Positions 48,753 through 59,085 of a stretch of 64,000 nucleotides of DNA are shown here, piece by piece. Position numbers and translations under genes: made by a program. The notes beneath the pieces were generated by a model. The model worked only from the letters and a program-made list of their open reading frames with translations. It searched no databases and was not told the DNA's origin. The stretch is from the NCBI GenBank assembly GCA_012513795.1, contig JAAZBN010000301.1, positions 20,433 through 84,432 on the forward strand, written 5' to 3'. The stretch comes from Bacteroidales bacterium. GTDB taxonomy: Bacteria > Bacteroidota > Bacteroidia > Bacteroidales > VadinHA17. Each line of letters begins with the position of its first letter. Position 1 is the stretch's first letter.

Positions 48753-50825
48753 ATGAAAAAGGCAGCTAGTGCAATCACCGGAATGTTCATCATTCTACTC
48801 TTGTTCAGTTCATGCTCGATGATTCCAGAGAAGGTAACGCTCGAAACACTGCTTGACGAGATGGTAGACCGTGAAAACATGGCAAGGTTTCCTGATCCTT
48901 ACTATAATTGCATACAATCAAGTAGTTATGACAGGAAGTCGGTTAGCCCTGATTCTGCTGGGTGGTTCGCCAATGCAGACCGCAGTAACTTTATCCGCAC
49001 TGAAGAAAATAATGGGCGGGTTGAACAGGTACTGCTTGACGCAGAGGGTCCTGGAGCGATAGTCAGGTTTTGGATAACTTTCGCCAATTACCAGGGAAAT
49101 GGAATTCTCAGATTCTATTTTGATGGGGAAAATGAGCCCAGATTATCTGGTGAGCCTTTCAATCTTATCAGCAGGGGCGAACTGGTCAGTGACCCTTTGT
49201 CCGCATCAGTTTCTCTATTAACCGAGTTTGATCGGAGGGGCCATAATCTTTACCTGCCAATACCTTACAGCAATCATCTGAAGGTGACATATGAAAGTGA
49301 CAGAGTTGAAAATAACGGAGGCAAGCCTGGTACAGAAGCATTCTACTACCAGATTAACTACAGGACCTATCAGGGGAAAGTAAAGGTGAAGTCATTTGAA
49401 ATGTCAGATCTTCTTACCTACGCTGAACGGATTGCTGAGGTGCAGAACTTATTGGCAAACAGAATAAAAGACCCTGAGAAGGTGAAGGCCGGTTCATTGT
49501 CTTTCCAAAATAAACTACAACCCGGAGAAAGTACATCTTTTAAAATAGATGGCAACAAAGCGATACGTTCTCTGAGACTGAAGCTGGAAGCAGATAATCT
49601 TCCTCAAGCTTTAAGGTCTACGGTAATGGCAGTTAACTTTGACGGCAACAGGACAGTCTGGTCTCCGGTAGGCGATTTTTTTGGAACGGGATATCAGTTG
49701 TATCCATCAAGAACCTGGTACCAGGAGGTTTCAGATGATGGGATAATGGAAGTCTTCTGGATAATGCCCTTCAGGGAAAGTTGCGTTTTCGAGTTTACTA
49801 ACCTTGGTTCACAACCAGTTGAAATAAAAGAAGGATCGGTGTCTTATTCAAAATGGAAGTGGGGTAGTAATTCAATGTATTTCGGCGCTTCGTGGAGACA
49901 ATACACCCATGATACTGAAAAACCGAGAGATCTTAATTATACTATGTTGGAGGGTGCAGGAGTATTTGTCGGTGACGGGGTGGCACTCTTTGACTGTAAC
50001 CCAGGGTGGTGGGGTGAAGGGGATGAAAAGATATATGTTGATAACGAGTCGTTCCCGTCACATTTTGGAACCGGAACAGAAGATTACTACGGCTATGCAT
50101 GGTGCCGGCATCCTGAATTTTCCCATCCATTCATTTCGCAGCCCGCCGGCTATGCAAACCGGTTCGTTGGCAATACAGTTAATATGAGATACAGGGCATT
50201 GGATGCTATTCCATTCACTGAAAGCCTGAGGTTTGACATGGAACTACTCCATTGGACAAAGACAGTCGTTAATTTCTCCCCGGTATCTTATTGGTACATG
50301 AAACCAGGAGGAATTTGTCATGTCCAGCCTGAAACGGAAGAAGCAAAGAAGCCCGTGATCATGAAAAGACAGGATATATTCAGCCCGATTCTGGGAGAAA
50401 AGGGGATAATTGAAGGTGAAGACCTTATTCTCAGCCATAAGAGTAATGACACTGCCAGGGTTGTCACTTTCATTCTGCCTCTGCAGCCCAGATGGCAAAT
50501 ACTGGAAATGCGATGGGCCAATGCCAGATATGATGAAGATATTGCTGTAAAATTTATGTCTGAGCAAAGTGGAGATTTCAGGATAAAAGCAAAGTTATCA
50601 AATGGGCAAAACCATGGGAGATTCAGTATATCTGTTAACGATGGGCGTTCCCCGGTTCAGGTCAACAGCTATTCTAAGGAATTTGCAATGACAACAATTG
50701 ACCTCGGGAATCATAAAATCAATGCCGGAGAGAACGTCATCCGGATCAGATGTCTTGAAGAAGATCCTAAAGGTGAAGCGGGATCAGTATTCGGGCTGGA
50801 TAATCTGATTTTTGAAAAGAGATAA
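48753..50825 (+). CDS. GH172 (DUF2961) family lipoprotein, long form with a C-terminal beta-sandwich-like extension
   Basis: Lipobox LFSSC. SSYDRKS, AEGPGAIVRFW and WWGEGDEKIYVDNESFPSHFGTGTEDYYGYAW. About 180 residues follow YWYMKPGG. Confidence 0.8.
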   Translation: MKKAASAITGMFIILLLFSSCSMIPEKVTLETLLDEMVDRENMARFPDPYYNCIQSSSYDRKSVSPDSAGWFANADRSNFIRTEENNGRVEQVLLDAEGPGAIVRFWITFANYQGNGILRFYFDGENEPRLSGEPFNLISRGELVSDPLSASVSLLTEFDRRGHNLYLPIPYSNHLKVTYESDRVENNGGKPGTEAFYYQINYRTYQGKVKVKSFEMSDLLTYAERIAEVQNLLANRIKDPEKVKAGSLSFQNKLQPGESTSFKIDGNKAIRSLRLKLEADNLPQALRSTVMAVNFDGNRTVWSPVGDFFGTGYQLYPSRTWYQEVSDDGIMEVFWIMPFRESCVFEFTNLGSQPVEIKEGSVSYSKWKWGSNSMYFGASWRQYTHDTEKPRDLNYTMLEGAGVFVGDGVALFDCNPGWWGEGDEKIYVDNESFPSHFGTGTEDYYGYAWCRHPEFSHPFISQPAGYANRFVGNTVNMRYRALDAIPFTESLRFDMELLHWTKTVVNFSPVSYWYMKPGGICHVQPETEEAKKPVIMKRQDIFSPILGEKGIIEGEDLILSHKSNDTARVVTFILPLQPRWQILEMRWANARYDEDIAVKFMSEQSGDFRIKAKLSNGQNHGRFSISVNDGRSPVQVNSYSKEFAMTTIDLGNHKINAGENVIRIRCLEEDPKGEAGSVFGLDNLIFEKR

Positions 50826-50902
50826 ATGAATAAATGCCTTTGACCATTGACAGGGTTATAATTAGATACTATTTCCGGTTGATAACAATAATAACTAGAA
50901 CT

Positions 50903-53461
50903 ATGAAGAGCCTAATCTACTCAATGATCGTTTTACTTCTTGTAGTTGTCTCTTCCTGTAAAAGTAAAACAGGAGCAACAGAGGGAATCACAAGCAGGGG
51001 TTTTAACGAAGTTTATACAGGAAAGTACCTCGACCATATTGCCTTCCCGATAGGTGGAATAGGTGCCGGTATGATTTGTCTCGAGGGGACAGGAGCTATT
51101 TCTCATGTTTCGGTAAATAACAGGCCGGATGTATTCAATGAGCCATGCATGTTTGCTGCAATATCTGTTTCAGGAATTGAAAAAGGAGCAAAAGTAATCG
51201 AAGGCCCTGTGCCTGATTTTAAGGTATTTGGACGACCTAACACTGCAAAGGGGAGCCCGCGTACCAGTTATGGTCTTCCAAGATTTGAAAACGCAGTATT
51301 TGAAGCACGTTTTCCTTTTGGTAATGTCTATTTGAAGGATAAGGATATCCCTATGGAGATTTCGGTTCAGGGTTGGAGTCCTTTCATTCCCCTCGATGCA
51401 GATAATTCAAGCCTGCCATGCGGTGCTCTGGAATATAAATTCAGGAATACAGGTTCTAATGAGTATGAGGCGGTGTTTTCTTATAACACTGTCAATTTTA
51501 TGACACAAGCCGGAGCCATAAATAGTGTCAGATCTCTTTCCAATGGTTTTGTTCTCTCAACCCAGGGATTAGAAAACAATAATACCCTCCCGGGTGATTT
51601 TGCTGTTTTCACTGATGATAATTCTACAGTGGTTGATCATTGCTGGTTTCGCGGTTCATGGTATGACCCATTATCCATAACATGGAAGGCCATTGAGGAT
51701 GGGAATCCCAGGATAGTACCTCCGGTTCAGTCAGGAGCCCCTGGTGCATCATTGTATGTTCCTTTTAAACTAAAGCCAGGAGAGGAAAAAGTAATCAGGC
51801 TTATGATGTCATGGTATGTACCGGAAACAAAGCTTAAAACAGGCGAGGACCCCAGAACCGGTCAGGCGGATACTGAGTCGGAAGCCTGTTGTGAATCACC
51901 CTATTACAAACCCTGGTATACAAGCAAATTTGGTAACATAAATGATGTTGTAAACTATTGGCTGACAAATTATAATGATCTGAAACACCGTACGGATCAA
52001 TTTACCGGGACATTCTACAATAGCACATTACCGCCCGAAGTAATTGAAGCAATTGCGGCAAACCTGACAATTCTTAAATCACCAACGGTATTACGTCAAC
52101 CTGATGGAAAGTTATGGGCATGGGAGGGTTGTAATGATGCCTCCGGATGTTGTGCCGGTTCATGTACACACGTGTGGAATTATGCACAGGCGATACCGCA
52201 TCTTTTCCCAATGCTCGAAAGATCACTCCGTGAAACGGAATTCTTTGTCAGCCAGAACCAGGATGGTCACCAGATTTTCCGATCTGCTCTGCCAATCAGG
52301 GAGATTGAACATAATTTCTACGCTGCAGCTGACGGTCAATTAGGAGGTATTATGAAGGTTTATCGTGACTGGAGAATCTCAGGCGATGATAGCTGGCTTA
52401 TTAAAATTTTCCCAAAGGTTAAACAGAGTTTGGATTATTGCATTAAAGAATGGGATCCGCGTGAGACTGGCACTCTTGAAGAGCCGCATCATAATACCTA
52501 TGATGTAGAATTCTGGGGCCCCGACGGCATGTGCACCAGCTTTTATCTTGGTGCATTAAAGGCTTTTATACTTATGGGAGAGCATCTGGGTGAACCTACG
52601 GATCATTATCAGTCCCTGCTGCAAAAGGGAATAAGTGCCATGCAGGAAAGCTTGTTTAATGGCGAATACTTTATTCAGAAGATCACTACAGAGGGTTTGA
52701 ATTCTGTCAATCCCATCGAAGCAGCAAAAATGTCGATCAGATCTGACTATTCTGAAGAGGCTAAAGCAATCCTGGCTGCAGAGGGGCCAAAGTATCAGTA
52801 TGGAAATGGGTGCTTGTCTGATGGCGTTCTTGGATTGTGGATAGCCAAGGTAAGTGGAATTGATAATGAAATCATTGATAATAAATTGGTTGTAAGCCAT
52901 CTGGCATCTGTTCATAAGTACAACTTCAGGCCGGATCTGAGTGATCATGCAAATCCACAAAGACCAACATTCGCAATGCGCAATGACGGAGGGCTCCTCC
53001 TTTGCTCCTGGCCTCATGGCGATGCCCTCTCTTTGCCGTTTGTTTACAGTAACGAAGTTTGGACCGGGATTGAATACCAGGTGGCCTCTCATCTTATGTT
53101 TCAGGGGATGACTGATGAGGCTCTGGAAATTGTCAGGGCTTGTAGAACCAGGTATGATGGTAGCACCAGAAATCCTTATGATGAATATGAATGCGGTCAC
53201 TGGTATGCCAGAGCAATGTCCAGCTACGGAATGATCCAGGGTATTACAGGAATCAGGTATGATGCCGTTACCAAAACACTCTATTATGATTCTATGATGG
53301 GGGATGACTTTAAAACCTTCTTTTCCTGTCAGACCGGTTATGGATTAGTCGGAATGGAAAATGGTAATCCTTTCGTCAAGATGACAGTGGGTTCAATTGA
53401 TATAAAGAAATGTGTTGTTTCAGGCTCGGAAATAGATGTGGCAAAACTAAAAATACTCTAA
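50903..53461 (+). CDS. GH116-family glycoside hydrolase (GBA2/beta-glucosidase-type fold), lipoprotein
   Basis: I prefer ATG 50903 (MKSLIYSMIVLLLVVVSSC lipobox). N-terminal domain motif FPIGGIGAGMICLEGTGAISHVSVNN. Catalytic-domain motifs WEGCNDASGCCAGSCTHVWNYAQA and NTYDVEFWGPDGMCTSFYLGAL. Confidence 0.85.
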   Translation: MKSLIYSMIVLLLVVVSSCKSKTGATEGITSRGFNEVYTGKYLDHIAFPIGGIGAGMICLEGTGAISHVSVNNRPDVFNEPCMFAAISVSGIEKGAKVIEGPVPDFKVFGRPNTAKGSPRTSYGLPRFENAVFEARFPFGNVYLKDKDIPMEISVQGWSPFIPLDADNSSLPCGALEYKFRNTGSNEYEAVFSYNTVNFMTQAGAINSVRSLSNGFVLSTQGLENNNTLPGDFAVFTDDNSTVVDHCWFRGSWYDPLSITWKAIEDGNPRIVPPVQSGAPGASLYVPFKLKPGEEKVIRLMMSWYVPETKLKTGEDPRTGQADTESEACCESPYYKPWYTSKFGNINDVVNYWLTNYNDLKHRTDQFTGTFYNSTLPPEVIEAIAANLTILKSPTVLRQPDGKLWAWEGCNDASGCCAGSCTHVWNYAQAIPHLFPMLERSLRETEFFVSQNQDGHQIFRSALPIREIEHNFYAAADGQLGGIMKVYRDWRISGDDSWLIKIFPKVKQSLDYCIKEWDPRETGTLEEPHHNTYDVEFWGPDGMCTSFYLGALKAFILMGEHLGEPTDHYQSLLQKGISAMQESLFNGEYFIQKITTEGLNSVNPIEAAKMSIRSDYSEEAKAILAAEGPKYQYGNGCLSDGVLGLWIAKVSGIDNEIIDNKLVVSHLASVHKYNFRPDLSDHANPQRPTFAMRNDGGLLLCSWPHGDALSLPFVYSNEVWTGIEYQVASHLMFQGMTDEALEIVRACRTRYDGSTRNPYDEYECGHWYARAMSSYGMIQGITGIRYDAVTKTLYYDSMMGDDFKTFFSCQTGYGLVGMENGNPFVKMTVGSIDIKKCVVSGSEIDVAKLKIL

Positions 53462-53492
53462 AACAGAAATCAGCGAATTAATAATTCAAGTT

Positions 53493-55619
53493 ATGATAAA
53501 AATCAATACCCGAATTCCTATATGGATAGCTCTGATGATCATTTGGTCAGGTTGTTCCCATCAAAGTCAGATCATAACAACCGGCTCACTTTTAAGTGAA
53601 ATGACTGATCGTGAACAAATGGCTTATTTCCCGGAGCAGACTTACACTTGTAAACAGTTCAGCAGCTACAACCAGACGTCGACTGAACCAGAACATTTTA
53701 CCTGGTTTGCTAACCTTGATAACAACTATTTTCTCAGGACTGAGGAGAATCATGGAAGAAGAGAGTTCGTACTTTTTGATGCTGAAGGGCCCGGGGCTGT
53801 CGTGAGATTCTGGACAACTTTCAACAGGTATGACCAGGAAGGTGTCCTAAGATTTTATTTTGATAAAGAAACAGAGCCACGGATAGAAGGAGAACCAATG
53901 GCACTTATCAGTGGCGGCAAACTGGCCGGCTTCCCTCTTTCCTTTTCTGTTTCCGAAGAGACAGATTATTCCAGAAGGGGGCATAATCTATATCTTCCAA
54001 TTCCATATTCCAAACATCTGAAAATTACCTATGAAACAGACGGGATAAAGGAAGCGAGAGATGGTATTGATGAAGGACCTGATCAGGAGCAGGAGATGTT
54101 TTATTACCAGATTAACTATCGCACATATAAAAAAGGGACAAAAGTGCTCTCTTTTGCCCCTGAACAATTAAACGAGTATAATGATATACTTAATTTAACC
54201 CTGGAAAAGTTAAAAACGAACGATAGAGGCCTGACAGATATTGAACTCTTAACCAAAGGTTTTTCAGGTAAGCTGGCCCCCGGGGAAAGCCTGTCACTGA
54301 TGGATGATAAAGGAGGGGCGATCAGGAAATTCCAGGTAAAAATCAATGCGGATAATATAAATCAGGCCTTGAGATCAACAGTTTTATCATTCAGGTTCGA
54401 TGATAGTCAGACTGTTTGGTCACCTTTAGGAGATTTCTTTGGTACAGGTTATCAGATAAAGCCTTTTTCCACATGGTATAATGAAGTCCTTCCAGACAGT
54501 ACTCTTCTGGTATATTGGATTATGCCATTCAGGAAGGATTATGAACTTCAAATTTCAAATTTGGGTGATCAGGTTGTCGAGATTCTAAATGGAGAGGTTT
54601 CAACTTCTGAATGGAATTGGAATGCCAGTAGCATGCATTTCGGGTCGTCCTGGTATCAGAATACCAAGATAAACACCGGTCTTATCAAAGGCCGGGATGG
54701 GAAAGGCGAATTCTCTGACATTAAGTACACAGCTCTTAATGGCCAGGGAGTCTTTGTAGGTGACGCTGTGACCCTCTTTAATTGTTCACCGGCATGGTGG
54801 GGTGAAGGAGATGAGAAAATTTTTGTTGATAATGAACCTTTCCCATCTCATTTCGGAACTGGTACAGAAGACTATTACGGATACGCCTGGTGCAGACCTG
54901 AACCCTTCGTGCATTCATTTATAGCTCAGCCTGATGGCTCCGGGAACCTGAATGTTGGCTATACCCTGAATATGAGGTACAGAACACTGGACGCAATCCC
55001 ATTTAACAGCAGACTTAAATTTGATATGGAGATGTGGCACTGGGGATATACCCTGATGAACCATGCTCCTGTTACCTTTTGGTATTTGAAACCCGGAGGC
55101 ACCTGCGAGATAAACCCTGATCCCGAAGGCGCTAAAGAGCCTGTTGTCCTGCAGCGTGAACAACTTTTCCCTGCGGTTATTAACGATAACGGAATTATTG
55201 AAGGAGAGGATCTCATTGTCGAATTTATTAAAGGGAAGTCGGAGGCGAGAATCAGACCCATTCCCGTTCCTGAGAAACCTAACTGGACCAGGGCAATGAT
55301 TTTATGGAATGGTATCAGTGAAGGTGATGAAATTGCCTATAGGTTCTATTGTGATAAACCAGGCTATTATGACATAACTCTTCTTACAATGATCGGAAGG
55401 GGCCGGGCCACCATAAGCATAGGAGTTAACGGGAAAACCATATTGCCAGGGTACAGGATGGAGACCAGCATGAGCGGCGAGGTGCCTGTGCCATTAACTA
55501 ATATTCCTCTGGAGAAAGGGGCTAATATGATTACTATTAAGGCAATAAATTACTCGGGTGTGGCAAATAAATCACTGGGTATTGATCATCTTAGCTTTGC
55601 AGCATCCATTGACAGGTAA
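53493..55619 (+). CDS. GH172 (DUF2961) family lipoprotein, long form
   Basis: Lipobox IWSGC. SSYNQTS, AEGPGAVVRFW and WWGEGDEKIFVDNEPFPSHFGTGTEDYYGYAW. C-terminal extension. Confidence 0.8.
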   Translation: MIKINTRIPIWIALMIIWSGCSHQSQIITTGSLLSEMTDREQMAYFPEQTYTCKQFSSYNQTSTEPEHFTWFANLDNNYFLRTEENHGRREFVLFDAEGPGAVVRFWTTFNRYDQEGVLRFYFDKETEPRIEGEPMALISGGKLAGFPLSFSVSEETDYSRRGHNLYLPIPYSKHLKITYETDGIKEARDGIDEGPDQEQEMFYYQINYRTYKKGTKVLSFAPEQLNEYNDILNLTLEKLKTNDRGLTDIELLTKGFSGKLAPGESLSLMDDKGGAIRKFQVKINADNINQALRSTVLSFRFDDSQTVWSPLGDFFGTGYQIKPFSTWYNEVLPDSTLLVYWIMPFRKDYELQISNLGDQVVEILNGEVSTSEWNWNASSMHFGSSWYQNTKINTGLIKGRDGKGEFSDIKYTALNGQGVFVGDAVTLFNCSPAWWGEGDEKIFVDNEPFPSHFGTGTEDYYGYAWCRPEPFVHSFIAQPDGSGNLNVGYTLNMRYRTLDAIPFNSRLKFDMEMWHWGYTLMNHAPVTFWYLKPGGTCEINPDPEGAKEPVVLQREQLFPAVINDNGIIEGEDLIVEFIKGKSEARIRPIPVPEKPNWTRAMILWNGISEGDEIAYRFYCDKPGYYDITLLTMIGRGRATISIGVNGKTILPGYRMETSMSGEVPVPLTNIPLEKGANMITIKAINYSGVANKSLGIDHLSFAASIDR

Positions 55620-55680
55620 ATCCGAACTATGATCAGGTACTTATCAGGATGAGGAGAAATGTGCCATTTTGAATGCAAAT

Positions 55681-57261
55681 ATGATGAATTTTAATTCACA
55701 CTCCTGGGTATGCCTCAGCTCTGGAACTGCTATGGTTTTATTGAGCGGTTGTTCCGGGGAAATAGACCCTCGTCCAAATATTCTTTTATGCATTGCGGAT
55801 GATGTTTCATATCCTCATATGGGGCGGGAGGCTGACTGGATAAATACTCCAGGATTCAATATGGTGGCGGATGAAGGACTATTGTTTTTAAAAGCTTATA
55901 CTCCAAATGCCAAATCTGCTCCTTCACGCTCATGTATTCTTACCGGAAGAAATTCATGGCAACTTGAGGAGGCGGCCAACCATTTCTGTTATTTCCCCTC
56001 AAAATTTAAAACATATCCTGATGTTTTGGAGGAACATGGTTATTATGTCGGTTATACAGGGAAGGGATGGCTTCCGGGAAATCCGGGGACTAAAAATGGC
56101 AAACCCCGTGAATTAGTGGGAAGGGAATGGAACCAGATCAAGACCCGGCCACCTACCAGGTATATATCTGCTATTGACTATTCTGCCAATTTTGAGGCAT
56201 TTTACAATGACAAACCATCGGGCAAACCGTTTTGTTTCTGGTATGGCGGTCATGAACCACACAGAAAATATGAATATGGTTCTTCTCTAAAGGAGGGCAG
56301 GCTGACAGATGATGTTGATACTGTGCCGGAATTCCTTCCCGACGTGACAGAGGTACGTACAGATCTGCTCGATTATGCCCTTGAAATTGAATATTTCGAT
56401 CAACATCTGCAAGAGATCCTGGCTTTTCTTGAGGAGAAGGATGATCTGGAAAACACTGTTGTTATTGTGACAGCCGACAATGGCATGCCGTTTCCCCGTG
56501 CCAAAAGTGATGAATATGAATACTCTAACCACGTCCCAATGGCCATCATGTGGAGAAAGGGGATCAGAAAAGCCGGACGTATTATCAATGATTATATTAG
56601 TTTCGTAGACCTTGCTCCCACCTTTCTTGATGTCACAGGAATAAGCTGGTCTGAAAGCGGTATGCATCCAACACCTGGGAAAAGTATGCGTCCTCTTTTC
56701 TCTGGAAGGAAACAAAAATCTCCATTCAATGAATTTGTGCTGATCGGAAAAGAAAGACATGATGTAGGACGGCCTGATGATCTGGGTTACCCCATCAGAG
56801 GGATAATCTGTGACGGCTGGCTATACCTGAAGAATTACCGTACCGATCTCTGGCCGGCAGGAAATCCTCAGACAGGTTATCCTACTGTAGGTGGAAGCCC
56901 AACAAAGACATGGATACTAGAGAACAGAAAAACACCCGGTATGGAACATTTCTGGACCTGGTCATTCGGGAAAAGGCCGGAGGAGGAACTCTATTTTATT
57001 GAAGATGATCCCTGGTGCCTCGTTAATATGGCTGATTCAGCTGAATATGATTCGCTCAGGCAGACCATCAGGGACAAAATGGAGGATGAACTCAGACAAC
57101 AGGATGACCCTAGAATGTTTGGCAAAGGTGATGTCTTCCAGAAGTACATTGTCTCAGACGAGAGATGGCGCAACGGTTACGAAAAGATTGTGATCCAAAA
57201 ACAGAAACTTGTTTTTCCCTGGATCAATGCTTCTGATATCGACCCCGGCTTTGAGGAATAG
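55681..57261 (+). CDS. S1-family sulfatase, Ser-type, lipoprotein
   Basis: I prefer ATG 55681 (…MVLLSGC lipobox). PNILLCIADD. Motif SAPSRSCILTGRNSW. Also GHEPHRKYEYGS and ADNGMPFPRAKS. Confidence 0.88.
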   Translation: MMNFNSHSWVCLSSGTAMVLLSGCSGEIDPRPNILLCIADDVSYPHMGREADWINTPGFNMVADEGLLFLKAYTPNAKSAPSRSCILTGRNSWQLEEAANHFCYFPSKFKTYPDVLEEHGYYVGYTGKGWLPGNPGTKNGKPRELVGREWNQIKTRPPTRYISAIDYSANFEAFYNDKPSGKPFCFWYGGHEPHRKYEYGSSLKEGRLTDDVDTVPEFLPDVTEVRTDLLDYALEIEYFDQHLQEILAFLEEKDDLENTVVIVTADNGMPFPRAKSDEYEYSNHVPMAIMWRKGIRKAGRIINDYISFVDLAPTFLDVTGISWSESGMHPTPGKSMRPLFSGRKQKSPFNEFVLIGKERHDVGRPDDLGYPIRGIICDGWLYLKNYRTDLWPAGNPQTGYPTVGGSPTKTWILENRKTPGMEHFWTWSFGKRPEEELYFIEDDPWCLVNMADSAEYDSLRQTIRDKMEDELRQQDDPRMFGKGDVFQKYIVSDERWRNGYEKIVIQKQKLVFPWINASDIDPGFEE

Positions 57262-57362
57262 GGTTCCGGATCAGGTATTGTGACATATTGGCTGAGGAGA
57301 AAATGCCTTATTGATTGAGCCCGGAACGGATGATTAGTTGACGGGACTTAATTTGAGTAAAG

Positions 57363-59048
57363 ATGAATGTTGCAGATATAAATAATCCGGGTATTGCGGT
57401 TAAAAATTTCATTAACTGGGAGTCGGTTATTCGTACTTGTAAAATACTCCCTTTACTGCCGGGATCCTGCATTATGCTCTCTTGCGATGCGGAAATGAAA
57501 TCATCGGATAACCGGCCTAATGTACTCCTGTGTATTTTCGATGACGCCTCTTATCAGCACATGGGGGCCTACGGTTGCACCTACTCAAGGACCCCTGCAT
57601 TTGACAGGGTGGCCTCAGACGGGTTGCTATTCATGAAAGCATATACTCCCAAATCCCTCAGTGCTCCATCCAGAGCTGTAATTTTGACAGGGAGGTATCC
57701 ATGGCAACTTGAACAGGCTTCAAGCCAATTTTCCTTTTTCCCGTCTCAGCATAAGACTTTCACGGAAGCTTTGAGGGATTATGGTTATGTTACTGGTTTT
57801 ACGGGTAAAGGATGGGCTCCGGGTGATCCGGGTGAGATAGACGGAAAGCCAAGGCTTCTAATAGGAGAATCATGGCAAAATAAAAGAATCGAACCTCCGG
57901 CAGGAGGGATATCCAGAATCGATTATTCTGCCAATTTCGAAGATTTTCTAAAAGAGGTAGATCCGGATGCCCCCTGGTTCTTCTGGTGTGGACCCCATGA
58001 ACCACATAGAAAGTATGAATATGGAAGCGGTGTCTCAAAAGGAGGTAAGGACCCGGCTGACGTTGACAGTGTGATGTCATTCTGGCCCGATACTATTGCA
58101 ACAAGAGTGGATATTCTTGATTATGTCTATGAGATTGAGTATGCTGATAGCCATTTTCTTAAATGTATTCAGATCCTGGAAGATCAGGGCAAACTGGACA
58201 ATACCATTGTCATTATTACTTCTGATAACGGAATGCCCTTTCCCAGAGTTAAATCAAATGCTTATGAATACTCCCTGCATGTGCCAATGGCAATAATGTG
58301 GCATAATGGGATAAAAAATCCTGGTCGGGTAATAAAAGAAATGATTGGCTTTATTGACCTGGCTCCCACTATCTTTGATGTGGCTGGTGTCCGGTTTGAT
58401 GAATCCGGCCTTAAGCCATTTTCAGGACAGAGTCTTACATATATTCTGAAAGATAAAGAGCAAAAGAAAAATGAAGTACGAAATCATTTGCTCTTAGGTC
58501 AGGAACGACAGGGTAACAGCCGGCCAAACAACGAGGGTTACCCGATAAGAGGAATAATCACTGATGACTTCCTTTATCTTAATAATCTTAAAATTGACCG
58601 ATGGCCAGCAGGGAATCCGGAGGCAGGCTACATGAACTGTGACGGCTCTCCTGTAAAATCTCTGATTCTTAATTTATACAGGCAGGGTAAAAGCAGATTT
58701 TATTGGGATCTTGCCTTTGGGAAGAGAACAAGTGAAGAGGAGCTGTATAAAGTAACGGAAGATAAGGAATGCATGATCAATCTGGCAGAGGATTCGCAAT
58801 ATGATGAGCTCAGAAAAACCCTCAGGGAAGTCATGCTGCGTGAGTTGAAGGAGCAAAATGACCCCAGGGTATCAGGAACCGGAGATGTTTTTGATGCCTA
58901 CCCTTTCAGTCAGCCTTATATGAATAACCTCTATGAAAAATATATGGATAATAGAACTGATGAAGATATTGTCAGCTGGATAACCATCACTGATATTGAA
59001 GACAGGAATTTCTATTTTGGGTATAAACAGGAGGGGCAAAAGAGATGA
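57363..59048 (+). CDS. S1-family sulfatase, Ser-type (paralogue of 55681)
   Basis: PNVLLCIFDD. Motif SAPSRAVILTGRYPW. Also GPHEPHRKYEYGS and SDNGMPFPRVKS. The exact start is uncertain (possible lipobox IMLSC). Confidence 0.85.
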   Translation: MNVADINNPGIAVKNFINWESVIRTCKILPLLPGSCIMLSCDAEMKSSDNRPNVLLCIFDDASYQHMGAYGCTYSRTPAFDRVASDGLLFMKAYTPKSLSAPSRAVILTGRYPWQLEQASSQFSFFPSQHKTFTEALRDYGYVTGFTGKGWAPGDPGEIDGKPRLLIGESWQNKRIEPPAGGISRIDYSANFEDFLKEVDPDAPWFFWCGPHEPHRKYEYGSGVSKGGKDPADVDSVMSFWPDTIATRVDILDYVYEIEYADSHFLKCIQILEDQGKLDNTIVIITSDNGMPFPRVKSNAYEYSLHVPMAIMWHNGIKNPGRVIKEMIGFIDLAPTIFDVAGVRFDESGLKPFSGQSLTYILKDKEQKKNEVRNHLLLGQERQGNSRPNNEGYPIRGIITDDFLYLNNLKIDRWPAGNPEAGYMNCDGSPVKSLILNLYRQGKSRFYWDLAFGKRTSEEELYKVTEDKECMINLAEDSQYDELRKTLREVMLRELKEQNDPRVSGTGDVFDAYPFSQPYMNNLYEKYMDNRTDEDIVSWITITDIEDRNFYFGYKQEGQKR

Positions 59049-59085
59049 TCTGACATTATGGTAACCACTTAAATAAATTGATAAT

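Noticed and set aside
52556-53200. 214-aa - strand ORF; similar cases at 61607..62227 (206 aa) and 56287..56760 (157 aa)
   Set aside because: Each lies antisense within a gene that has strong family motifs (GH116, GH172 and sulfatase, respectively). None has a recognisable domain.
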